Source of the DNA: Balanoglossus misakiensis
Lineage: Eukaryota; Animalia; Hemichordata
Assembly (NCBI GenBank): GCA_040954595.2
Contig: CM082576.2
Span: 12,713,129 to 12,777,128, forward strand
Reading direction: 5' to 3'
DNA: 64,000 nucleotides
Part shown: piece by piece, positions 24,253 through 37,900 of the stretch
How the letters are laid out: the number at the start of each line of letters is the position of its first letter
Numbering within the stretch: position 1 is the first letter of the stretch
Notes under the pieces: generated by a model
Told to the model about the DNA's origin: nothing
Seen by the model: only the letters and a program-made list of their open reading frames with translations
Databases searched by the model: none
Made by a program: the position numbers and the translations under genes

Positions 24253-27001
24253 CGTGAAAACAACTCTGTCCGGTTCAGGTCGAGTCTCTTTTATAAATAC
24301 GACGTAGATTCCGACCTTCACAATAACCTGCTCTGGTCGATACACCCTATTTGTGTTTATTGTGGCCTCGTGTTCAAACGGTAAGGTCCACTCCAATGTG
24401 AAGGTTCACACCTCGCCCCAAAGTACGCAATCTAGTTGAATAGGTCTTCAGTCCCTTCATGCAAGCACTGGCCTGGCAATCCCAATCTGCAACACAAATA
24501 AAAGTATTACATATCACCTTCGGGGTAAAGTTCCTGAAATAGGCCAATTAATTAACACGATCTCCCATCCACTCCAGGCCGACTCGAGAGTTCCGGTATT
24601 TTTACACTTCGGAGCTCATCACAGCGACGCACCGTCGTGTCATCCGAGGCCGACCTGACCTTAACTCGGACATGACAGGGATGGGCAAGGCAACGACCGT
24701 AGGCCCCGTTTTAAACACAATGTACAATATGCATGTTTGACAAGCGAACCAGGTGTTAAATAAACACGACGTACCACCGACTCGATCAAGGAGAACTTTG
24801 GACAATACGTGTACTGTGGATATAATATACTTCCCCGGCGCATTCGATGAACTCCCGCGTTAGATAAAACTCGTTCCCTCCTTTTTGGCACGAACAGAAA
24901 GTAGACGTGGGAAAAATCGTTTAACTGTCACCATAATCCCGATCCCATGCACAACCGCCTACCACTTTATTTTGTATTCGCAGCATGGGCCCACAACTGA
25001 ACACTTTCAATAATTTGCCCGAGTGAACGATCGCCAGGGCGTGACTTGTGTCACAAGAAATCGGCTCTGGGTTTGTTAGGGTGAAAGGGGTCTCGGTAAA
25101 ACTTACCTTGATGAATCGCCGTGATGGACTCTGTATCCGTTGGATCTGCAAGCAGTGGACGAGCAGCAGACAGCTACAGAAAACAAAGCATTCCACGCCA
25201 AAGACAATATATCGATTCCCACAGCAGAGTGCCCGGCCTGGTCGCGGTGAAATGAACTACAGTTTACGTACGTACGTACACACGCTGGCGTGGCCTAAAA
25301 TAGAAAAAGTAGTTCGCACATGAATACAATGATAATGTTTGAAACAGCTGCACAAGGCAGATCTTCCCCGCAGGCTGTCTGGTCTTTGCACATGAAAACT
25401 CGCGACAGAATGGACTCCCATTCATCTAGAGATGACACCGCGTAAAAAGTGTGTACATTTCAGTATAAGAAGATCCCCACCTTCCAATCGCCTTTGACAA
25501 GAGACTGCACGCTATTCCAAACACGATTTAAACCCCTCCGGGTCATCGTACGAATTCATGTGTAGTTTCATGGTGATGTCATCTTTAGCCAGACAATACA
25601 TGTAAACAACGCAGAAAAGAAACATCCGGGAATTGCATTTACCGATAAATTTGATACAAGCCTGCTCATACGAGTGACATTTGGGTCACGCGTCAACACG
25701 TCACAGATCCTGTTTTGTACGCTTTGTGTGTTTATAAAATACCGCGTTTTGATAAGATGGCCTATAACGCAATTGACATAGTGGTATGCCGCTATATATC
25801 CGCTGTGATTATCCAAACAGTTAATTCACACCTGGATAAAGTAACAACGCAATAATGTTTAATGAGGTTTGATAATCGGCAATGAGATTTGCGTATATCA
25901 CTGGGTAAATTAATAGGCGAATAGGTCATGAATTTGTCACCGGCGCGATATTTCTAGTGCATATTAACCCCAAGACATTCAATTAACCCTCACCCATCTA
26001 ATAAATACTATGACTTTTTTCAAATAAAATTGATGGCAACTGTTGCCTGCAGCTGGTTACAATGTAATCTTACTATTGGTGAAATGTGTTTTGTATATGA
26101 TTTATAGGCGTGTACCTTGGGACGTGTACCGTGTACCATCGGTGTGTTGGTATTTGGTCTAGCTGATGTTAGCTGTGATGAAGTACTTAAAATACTGATA
26201 ACTGATACATCGTTTGGATTTTCGGTCCCGATGATGTAAGCGTTAAAACTTCCTGTTTCGCGAAACTCAGCTGTCCAGTAACCGCTGGACTGCGTGACGT
26301 ATGTTTTCACAGACAGCGTCATCGCGTATAGATTTGCAGTCCACAAAATGCACACTGTATAAATAAAACGTTAAATATACATGATATATGTCTCATGTAT
26401 TGGCGTTTAAATATTTTCGTACGTAATGCGACCACATCAACATTCGTGATTTACTCAGACTATTCAGGGCTTGTGGAAGGAGAGACTTCCCCGGACAATC
26501 AGTGTATACAGCGATAACGATTTCCCGGCCAAAGATATAATGGGTGAAAATGTCTGGATCGATTTTCCCTGCTGTTCGCGACGTACAAGATTAGTCGTTG
26601 GCGATGAACAGAATAATTGGGCGTCTTTGGGTAATTTATTGACCATCCAGGGGCCTTTCACTTGAAGATTATGTAAATATATCTCGACTAGATTGGGTTT
26701 CTGAGATGCCAGACGCTTTATACCTCTCGGACCATTCAAAACCAAAGAATAGGAAGTGAAAACTGACGTAATCTGGATCACGGCACGCATCACAGCTGCC
26801 GCATGTTAAATCCATACCCTGACCAAATACCACACCAGAAAATCTGTCTCGCTAGCCATGGCAACTGGTGAGCGCGTGGGTTGATTCTGTTGATGACACC
26901 GCTGCCGGTTTGTGGGGGCCAAGCTTCAAAACACATTTTCCGTCAACATTTTCTATCAATCCACAAACTATGGCGGAAAGTATCCACGCACAAATTCGCC
27001 G

Positions 27002-27281
<280 letters not shown>

Positions 27282-30200
27282 CACCTCTGTCTATGCATCA
27301 TTATCAAGGAAAGACACATACTTCCAATATAACTTGAAAATAAATTTTAAAGCTGAAATACTTTATTCAATAATGGGCAGTAGGGAAACGCATGGTGCTT
27401 ACGTTATAGCTTTATATAACGCTGACAATCATTTCTCAGTAAACTTTGACATATTGGCTCTGGTTCAAGTTAAACTCCATTGCTGGATGATTTACAAGTA
27501 GGCGGCTGGTGTCTCTAAAGGTGGACAATGGCTAGATTTCTGACTGTTGACGATTGATGACCAGGGTCATTTGGCTCAAAGGGTAACCTATTAAACCCGT
27601 CCACTCTTTTTTGGTATATTTTCCATGTGCGTAAATTGTTCAGTAAACCGCCCGATGTCCCATTCACGCTCATTTGAAATGGCGCCTTCGGAATTTTTGT
27701 GAGCAAGTTGAACGTCATGTAATCTCCACCACTTGCAGGTAACTTAGGCTTTACTGTCAGAACTTTAAGAATCCTCCCATGCTATTTTGTGATATTATAT
27801 ATTACGTCAATTTGTCAAATCCTTTAATTACAATGTAATGCTTTCCCATCGGTGGTTTTACTCTGACTTCATAGTAGACTAGTGGGCGGTAATTCAACTA
27901 CAGTTTGACTCAAACGGAAACGTGCAAAACCACATACTGACATCACCAGTCCGCATAATCGCAATACTCATGCGATTCCGAGTCGATAAAGTTATTTTCA
28001 TAATGGAGATTCTAAAAACCTATATTGATTTTGATAAATGTGGTTGTATGAACTCTGACACACACACTACACACATATTTTATTATTAGCAACAATCCCA
28101 CGCATTCTTCCGTGTATAGACCCAATGATACTTAAAATAAATGAGTTCCAAAATTACTTCTTGCGTACAATTACCAAGTTCTTAATTTATTTTTCGCAGT
28201 AACATGTTGGAATCTCCGGGAAGTTCGTATATGGACGGATTTCGGACTCCTGGAATTTTAGGTATTTTGATGACCGATGTCCTAGTGACGCATATGTAAA
28301 GACAAGGTGTTACCATCCACCTTTCCTTTGAAGTCCCGACATCCGAAGTTCTTTGGAGAAGTTTAGGTTCAAGGACATCGTGCACGGGGTTTACTGCAAA
28401 GTTAATTAAATTTTCATATAGGCCTACATTGCATACATGATGATATACACACTATGAGAATGATCTTTCAAAGGTAATTTTTCTTGATTGCCCGAGTAGA
28501 GATTGTGATAAGAGGGTTACATAGGGCTAGACGTCTGTTTGTATTTATTCAAACTGAACAGTTAGATGAATTGTCTGTCACATAAATCTCATAAAACATG
28601 TTCCTGTAAATATTGAAACTGTTAATTATGGCAGATGGAAAACTTCTCCTTTGAGATGCAAATGACCGATTCAATCGTATTTGGGATTTAAAAAAAAGTA
28701 TGGTCAGCCTGTTTATACACTCTATACCATGTCAAACACCTGAGATATGATATATGACAACACACGCAAACCTTGCCATGCGTTGCCCGGCAACACGCAG
28801 TCCGTTGACCCGTGACCTTTGCCATTAAATAGATAATAGCCTTCGGGTAGATCCTGCTGACGTCCACTCGCTGCCCTCAAGATGTATCGGCGACCTGTGA
28901 CCCTTTGCGCAGCGAATGAGTAGCCCCCGGCGCGATGCTATTAAATTGCAATTATTGGATTATGGACGTCTTTAGAGTCGAAATGAAACGCCCATTTCAA
29001 CATGTGTCAACAAGAGATGGTATTTGGAGTGGAAAGTATTGACATAATCAACTGGAAGGGACGAAGTCAATCAATAATTGTAACACTCCATTAAAAAAAA
29101 TTCTTGAGCAACAGCGTACAACACTTTTAGTAGGTAAAATCGTGATGAAATATTAAACAAGTGATATTTTCCTTCGATTTATGAAATAATTTTTAATATT
29201 TCCTTACAGTTCTTTACTATGCATTTTGATTTTATATGTAAATGATGAGCCCCGTTGTATAAAATGTACAAGTAACTCGGTCGCTTCATAAAAGTGCAAA
29301 TCCTTTGCCCAGGAATAATGAGTATTGTCGGTTCAGTGCATTGAAACACGGTCACCGTGGATTGAAGACGGTAGTGTCGGCCGTCTGTTTTGCGCTATCG
29401 TCTAGACGTTAGTCCCTACAGTTTGACCACTTGGTGGCGCTGAGATCTGTGGTGGACATCGACATTGGGCCAGGAAACAAGCTACTCATGATAAAATGAC
29501 CCTGATTTAACACGAGTTAACTTCGTACTTCCCGTCCTAAGAACAGACAAATAATAAGAAAACCCTGTCAGATACCTGTGTGATAACCAAGCATTTCTGT
29601 AGTAAAAGAAGTGAAAATGTTAAATAGTTTATTAATGAAAAGGAAATAAAGTTGCTGTAAAATCTGATAAAAAAATTCTCTTCCCTTGAAACTTTTAAAA
29701 CTCCGAGACATATAAATTAGTTCTCTTATATACTAAAACATGAAACATTGTGTGACGGATAACGGAACAAATCAGCACCAGCTAACTGCTCCATCAGAAA
29801 ATTCACAAGCAGGGCGGGCCTACATGATGTTGTGTGGCTTACAACATCAGAGAATCTTAGATTTTGAATATTCTTTTTGAAAATATGGACATCATTCTCC
29901 CATTCGACATATAGCAATGGGAATTCTACCCATCTAAAGAATTTATGCAGAAATTCATCATGAAGAATAGAAGTTAGTGGTGTGCGTTGAAACTAAACCT
30001 TTGACATTAGTAGGAGACTGATATCCATATTCTCATGGTGAAGGAAATCGGTGACATCCGATTAATCGCAACTGCACGGTTTCTTTTTATTATGAATTAG
30101 GCCTAGAGGAATTCGAAAATCTAAACTCCGATTTAAAAAAAAGTCGAAAACACCGAACCCTTATTGAATGACTGGAAAAAAAGAAGTACTAGTATTTTGG

Positions 30201-30885
30201 GAATACCGTTGTACAGGTTTTAGTAGCAATTACAATTGACGTATCCAGAGAAACACTTCAAATGGTAAATTTATAAGGACTACATTTTCGGGACTGTATT
30301 ACGAACACTAAAAGGATATTCATCCTGCTATGGGACGAATGAGAGGACAACATACCATTTTATTTTATTTCCTGATGGAAGTTTTACATTTGTAGTACAA
30401 AAGTTGCCAGTAGCTGGCTAGCACATGCGATCTGACAGCAAGTTACCAGGTCCAAATGTGCCCATAATCCATGTAGACTTTAATATGGTTCCCTTTATTT
30501 CATTCGAATTTCCGTAAAATCAAATATTGTTCCATTGGGTCAATACTCAAAGGAATTGCTTAAAGTTGTCAGTTTCAATAATTTCCCAGTGAAACCACGT
30601 GATCTCTGTAACTTTTTCCCGCTTTTTTTGGACGTGGGAGGAAAAAAAGGACTCTGACCTTATGAGACCCTTTAGCTCGCTTGATCAGGGCACTCTGCTG
30701 TGAAAGTGCGTCAAGGAGGTTTGTTTACCAGATTACACCTGGGATTCACCGGCGAAAACGGGAGAGTTCGTCGCAGACTATTGCATCAGTGACTTGTAAC
30801 GAAGTCTTCGTGACTGCCTGGTTCCTGATTTAAACCCATCGCCGTTTCTTTCTACGTTGCACTGGTGATCTGGGTGATTTGCTTA

Positions 30886-31688
30886 GGCTGCATTCACAAA
30901 CACCTCTGGAGGGGGGGGCGGGAGAATTGAGGGGGGGGATTTGAAAAAATTGAGGGTATGTAAGGGGGGGGATTTGAAATAATTTAGGGACTGAAAGGGG
31001 GGGACTTGAAAACTTTAACGACTAAATATTTATTTTGAGTCCACAAAAATGCAGTTTCGCGCCCTTTATTTTACAAAATTTTCTAATGTGGGAGGGGGAC
31101 ACCCCCTCCCACACCCACCCCCTCCATTCATCAACACCTTTCAATCATTGACTAGTTTATCTAGTGTCCCAGGTCAGGGGACTTGCCCCACCCCATGATA
31201 ACTTTGAGCGGCGACGGTTAAATTTGTCCTCCCCAACATACCGGTAGTTGAGTTAATTTGCTTTTGCCGGGTTCATTAAAATGCAGCTTTGAGCTCTGTA
31301 TTTTAGAAAATTTTCTTACGTGCGAGGGGGACACCCCCTCCCAAACCCACCCCCTTCAATTCTCAGTTTACAATGTCTCCCAACACAGAATACAAATATA
31401 TGTACTTAAAAAATAAAAACAATGTTCAGTTTTAATACCCACTGATGAGGGGAAACATCAGTTTCAAATTCTTTTCATGGGAGCGCTGTTTTTCTTTTTA
31501 CAAGATAGATAGGTGATGTGTTTTGCTCTGTGAAAGAAAATGGGGGGGGGGGATTTCAAAATTTTGGCATTTCGGAAGGGGGGGGATTTGAAAATATTGG
31601 CAGTTCGGAAGGGGGGCATGTGAAAATTAGCGGTAAAAAAAATTGAATTCTCCCGCCCCCCCCTCCAGAGGTGTTTGTGAATGCAGCC
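30886..31688. mobile_element. 803-bp non-autonomous PIF/Harbinger-like (Tourist-type) element
   Basis: Perfect 43-bp TIRs GGCTGCATTCACAAACACCTCTGGAG8CGGGAGAATT at 30886-30928 and 31646-31688; TTA target-site duplication at 30883-30885 and 31689-31691; subterminal G7-8ATTTGAAA repeats; no ORF. Confidence 0.9.
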
Positions 31689-31973
31689 TTAGCGCCCTAG
31701 TTTCAGTCAGTTTGGCCCAGCGGTATGGATATGGATGGTTCGTGTCGGCCGTTCGTGTACGTGTAGTTATCCTCACCGGCCGGGTGAGTTCATCTGATTG
31801 ACGCTACACATGCTACAGTCCCTGGTACCGTGCAACAGTTGTCGCGCTTAGGGTACAGGGAGTGTGTTACTACATGCTCGGCTCTGACATTGTCAGCTCG
31901 TCATAACATAAAGTTTACCAAGTCACCGGCGATTTCCAGTACACACTGAACACTGTCGCCGGGACCGGGAATC

Positions 31974-34900
31974 ATGTCGATGGCACTCCCACCGTGCCAG
32001 ATTTGTAACGAATCATCGTCCGGCTACCACTGTGGTGCTTATACGTGTGAAGCTTGCAAGGTAATATTTCAAGAAAATGTCTGTTTATACAGAAAATATG
32101 ACCAGGCACAAGTCAACCTCTCGTGACATATATAACTTTTAGAAAAGAACAGTAGATAAATCATAAATATTAATACATTTTATGGTAATTTTGTTTTGAA
32201 AGTAATATTGTATAATCCTAACTTTCGGAAGTAATATATCTGTCTGTTAACCGTAGACAATGTAGACAGAACTCTAGTTTCTATTACACCACACTTTTTA
32301 AATCTTTTTAGTTATCATGATTTGACCCATTTAAAAATGTCATGCTTTTGATTCACCAAAATAATACTATATAGGGATAATTAAAATATACTAGCTAGTA
32401 TGTGTTCAGTTTGTCCAAAATCTAGGACAAGATTTATCATGATTTAACCTCAACATAATTTGTTATTTCCTGACTATACTACATCATGTTGATGTAATGA
32501 TAAAGTGTATGGTGGAATTTATATTTGAGTCACTAGCGCAAACCACTTTTCTGTGGACAGTGGTTCTACAAATTAGGAATGTAAACATTCTATAATATGG
32601 CAGCACTGGAGATGAAGTGTAACAAACACATTGTTTGTAAATAACTAGTTACCATGGAGATGTATGACCACATCCTGTTATGTAACAGGTGACACAAGAG
32701 GAGGGTCAAACAAAACAAAAACAAATACCAGAAATTCAGCTAGCATTATGCTCCCAAGCTATATTGGCACCATTTCAATGCAGTATTTCCCAGAAAATGA
32801 TGGTGAAAGATCGAATTCGATTAAAATGAGATGTAGGGTACAGCAGTCTTTCTGTGTATTCTTATACTGTACTACATAAGTAAAAGACCTAAACGTACCC
32901 TACATCTGATTTTAATCAGTTGGTTTGAGAAATGTTCTCCATAGGCTTTACCTATTCCCATGAATATATATCTGTATAGTAATAGATGCCATTTTGCTTT
33001 GGGGAGGCTATCGAACTGAAATGGTGCCCCGTATAGTTGTAGTACAGAAGTGCTACCACAAAGAAGTAGAAGTGGAATTGAATGAGAGGAAGTTATTTAC
33101 AAAGAATCACACAAAGATCACCATGGAATTTGAAGTTTATGCAGAATTTGACTATTCGGCTTTCGTTTTGCCTACAGAATACAAGAAGTTCCATGAATAT
33201 AGAAAACCACACTGTTGCGTTCGTTTCTGTATCAAACAATTTTCTCCCAACAATAAAGTGCACTTACTCATTCCACATCAAAATTATGGGTTACAAACAC
33301 ACGGCTGGATTGGACTGGTCTAGTCTCTACTTTCCTGTTAAGACTGTCTCTTGCCGCAAGTGCCTGTCTGGAAGTTTGTTGTTTTCGTACGAAAATAAAC
33401 CATAAAGTTTTAGCTGTGTTTGAATGGTATTATCCGTACCATTGTTGCCTTGGAAAAACAGCAAGTCACCCCATCATGAAGAGCATGCCCAAACTCTCCC
33501 CATACACTTGTGCAGTGGTGAGAGAGTTTGGGCAGACTACAACACGTACACGTAGAATCAATGGGGTAGTGTTTCAGTCCTATATCCTGCATTGGAATTT
33601 CGAAACATAAGACCGGTAGCCAAGTAAAACAGTCGAGTTGAGTGCAAATCTCTTCATGAGAATCCCAGTTTATCGAGAAGTGTAGGTTTATAAATCAAAC
33701 AAATGTGGAAGTAGAAAATAAGGTGACATCATTATTAAAACTGAATGAATATGCTCCAAAATGTCATCCTTCTTGTGGACTGAACTTTCAAAAAAGATGT
33801 AAAACTAAAAGTGTAATTTCTCATTTCTTTTTCACTTTCTTATTTGTTCATGTAAGAACTATCACCTGCGAAAACACCAAGCTGGCCAAAGCCCAGCACA
33901 AAGGATACATGTATTATGTAACTCGAGTTGAAGAGCAGAGCAAACAAGTCTTTGATGCTAGACTTTAGGAGTGTTATTATATGGGACATACCTGTGTTTT
34001 GATAAGTAACTCCGAAACCAACCAACATGATTATTGGCAACCCTCATCATCGTTGCCAGTACCGGATTTTGGACTCATTTTGACATCAAACGGTCGTGCC
34101 ATGAATTATTCGCTAGAGTTTCAGACATACATGTACACAGCTGCACAAATGAAATGCAGCATTCCTTCGTGACCATGAACTGGAGAATTGTGGAAATTAT
34201 TAGAAATCATACATTTTTAAGATTGATATAGTGAGTTTCTGACCCGGATGTGGGAACTGGTACATAGCAAGATTGTGGACCGTTTTTTTTTCCATCATAT
34301 TTTATGCAATGAGCCGAAACCTCCCCTGTGGCAGTTGAGGAAGTAAACATGTTTAGTGAGTCATCATGCAGTCTAGGTGTGACTCTTCAGTCAGCCTAAT
34401 TGAGATGTAAAAAAAAACTTGTTAAAGTTCTCTGGATATTTTGGGGGTTTATTTCACCGTTGTTTCCCAACGTCATATGGGTGACATCATCATCACGTGG
34501 TTGATGACTGAACATTCACGGTTGTTACTGGTGTAATTTATCGTCATCTTTAAACTGATGTACATTATACAGGGTCCTCTGTTTCGTTGGCAACTATTTT
34601 TGATTCTTTGAGGTTGTCCCGGTCCGGTCTTGGTTTCCCTCTTGTACATGTAGGGTACATGTATCAATGACCAAACTGAAAGACCATGGTAGACTCATAT
34701 ACTCTGTACCTGAACATACACAAAACAATGGCAATTTATAACCATCATGGCCGATGTTCGTATTTAATCCTAACCAGTGTGCCAAATGGAGGCAAAGTCG
34801 GTAACTTTTGATATCATTTTGGATATGTGTGAAAAATTATTACCAGTGAGTTTGTTGAGTCAGTGGTGTGTCATATGGGCTAAGCTGCTTAGAGGGCAGA

Positions 34901-37900
34901 CTGCCACAGATCCTGTGCAGACATATTCCCTGGAGCAAGTTGCATTGGTCAACTCTTGAAGTCTCAGGTTTAACAGGTTTTTTTCAGTAATGTGTGTGAA
35001 GCCATATGTCGTAGAAAATAGTGGTGATGAATGGATTGAATGGAAAGAGGAAAGAAAGGGAACATGGTCTGCATTGAATGTAATCCCTTTCCGAAAGACA
35101 CGGGGAAAAGTATTTCTTTAGAATCTAAGTAGGCCCTGATAAAGGCAAAACTAATCTACAGTGAGATACAATGAGTGAAATGGATGGTCACTTCACCGGC
35201 TGGTACTGGCTTCAACGTGGCGGAGTTGTAAGAGAACTTCAGGGTATTTAGCCGTAGAATGTAGTCAAATTTAGAACTAGAAAAGGTAGATCACATACAT
35301 GTAGTACGAGCCTGCATCAGTCTTGAAACAAAAGAGAGCTACCGCTCTCTTCTTAAAATAATTTGTGTTTGTTAAAAAACCTTTCTCCCATTATTGCTGT
35401 GCCTGCTGCGATACTGGATCAGAGAGCATGCTGGGACATCTACTGATCTAGTGTTGGATGTGTGTAATGCTCACCTGTGAGTGTGACCGAATAACCTCTT
35501 TCTTGAGGTTATTAGGTCGCTTATCTCTCGGATCAGCTTTGAATAGAGTAAAATAGCATATAAAATTGCCGATCTACTATTATTAAAGGCTGGTGATGGT
35601 CTTATGTGCAAGTACATGTATGTACATGTATACAGTAATTTCTTGTGTACAAACATTTCGTCCGTTTTTCATGCGCACCATATAAACAGACTTTAGTTTA
35701 GTCCCTTCTTTTCACCCAATTCACTGTCTTTTCCCGATCTCCGACACAGACTACATGTATGGTCGCTGACATCTTGTCATTGGGACAACGCACTGCTTTA
35801 TGACATTGGCTGTATACAATTGTATTTTGTAACCAGAGTCTCTGGTTTGGCACATGTCACTGGCCTGGGACACATGTGCATAAGACGATCGTTGCCCTTT
35901 AAATGCACTAGAGTCTCCCCAGTCATGCCTCCTATACCACTGATCACTTGTGCAACATTCTAAGCCATTACTGGCAAACTCTCACCCAGAATTTTGACAA
36001 ACTACCCTTTTGATGAAAACATGTACCCTAGCGCCTTCATTTTGAAAGCAGTTTCCCCCTAAAGCATTTTTCATCCCCCTCTGATTTCCAGAACACAGGT
36101 ATCAATTGAAGTCAACACCTTGGCAGAAATTCAATTGGCAGTGTTGAACAAGCCAGGTACCTGTGATTTGGAGAAAAGAAACACCGAGTTGCATTTGCAT
36201 TTGAATGGGCGATAGCACTCCGTCTGGCCTGTTTGTGAGAAAGTTGTTTGTCTGACCAAATCTGATTGGGCACCATTAGAATACATGTGCTGATTACCAT
36301 AGTGATACACGGCGAAAATCCACGAGTTTCAAAATGGTCGTCTGCTGTGTTCGCACATTTTTTGTGGTCAATTTTTTTCCGCATTCTCAGCGAGGGCATG
36401 CTGCGAACCGGATCACAGATTTGAATAATGTGACCAGAATTAAGTGATGATGCAACTGTTGTTTAATTAATGAGATTGTTGCCCATGTCCATCTATCCAT
36501 CTCAAGTGTGTAGTTAACAAACAATGGTTGTAAGTGAACTACCTAATAGCCACGGCTATTGGTGTCATTCTGTGGCTATTGTCCGGCGTGTTGATGTTCT
36601 GCGCCAAAGCTGTAGTTTGCGCTGCTGGTGGTAGGGCTGGGGCTCGTCACCAAAGCTTCACGGAGACCCAAAAATAGCCAGACTGGTTGAAAAGGTTCGA
36701 CTGGCATTGTGCTAAATTTATGCAACTGACACCGACTTGCAGATATTCCAAAGGCAGCGCACAGAATGACGATGCCCAAGGTGTAAATAGTCAAAGAAAC
36801 CTGAAGATATCAGAAACAGATTTCTTCTAACTTTTCAAAATCAGCCTCTACATGGACACACATACATGTACAAGCATGCGCATATACATGTACACTCACA
36901 CAAACACATGCACGCACATGATTACACACACATGCATACACATACACAAACTCACATGCATGCTCACATACACACAAGCATATGCACACACATGCATACA
37001 GTGATACACACATACAGAAACGCGTGCACACACACGCACGCATGAACACACTCAAACATGCACCTGTCCCCCGGAAATACCATGAATTTCTTCAGACTTA
37101 TGTAATGTTTGGAGAGTGCTTGAAAGTGATGTCAGCAACTGTGTTACATGTTTGAGTGGAACGTACTTAACATAGTAACACTGTTGCTCAATGACGAGGG
37201 TTTGAAGTATCTGCCATTAACGCATTGTTGCTCTTTGCTAAAATAAAAGAAAGTGTTGTCGTTATTCATTGGACTTTCAAGTCCACTTTATCCAAGACAT
37301 ACTAAGATCTGTTGTTTTAAAATGTGAACACTAGGCTTTTAGCTATTCTGACCTGGGATGGAAACTCAGTGTTAGACAACAGCTGATGTTTTGTTTTGAT
37401 AAGCTTATGCTGTGGTTCTTAGTTTCGAGGCAATCACAACACAAGGATTGTTGGAAAAATGCCATTGTACTGTAAGCAGATGCACTATCCAGGTGGATTT
37501 CTTCTGTAGCAACAAAACATATATCATGCAACTACCTGAAAGAAAGGCCAATAAGTGGTTGCTATGTGACATGTTAAATAATGAAATGTTAAATAATGAT
37601 GTACCACTTGACAATTACACGTATTAGTGAACTGAGCTGGTACTACAAATGTACTTCTAACATGTGTAATGGAGTATATATGAAGTATATTACAGAACCT
37701 AAAATCATAGATTTTTTCCATACTCCCATTCACAGTACTGTTGTCCATATTGACAGTAGGTGCTTGTAGTAAGCATCATTCAAACAAGCACCCTTCTAAC
37801 AAGTGTTGACATCTTTAACATTCATTGAAAAGTGAGGTACAAGTGATTTTAATAGTTTGCCATATTGAAACAAATTTCTCACAATCTAGATATCTCAATG

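Noticed and set aside
22745-24384. Plus-strand ORFs overlapping the coiled-coil gene, and similar shadow ORFs at 45775-46650 and 57876-58458
   Set aside because: Antisense or alternative-frame shadows of GC-rich real exons, with no recognisable motifs.
24253-24396. N-terminal 48 aa of the 553-aa ORF
   Set aside because: It starts at TTG; the first ATG in good Kozak context is at 24252, so this stretch is treated as 5'UTR.
32994-33405. ORFs of 107-109 aa in intron 1 of the 2DBD-NR
   Set aside because: No recognisable domain or convincing splice context; composition matches the intron.
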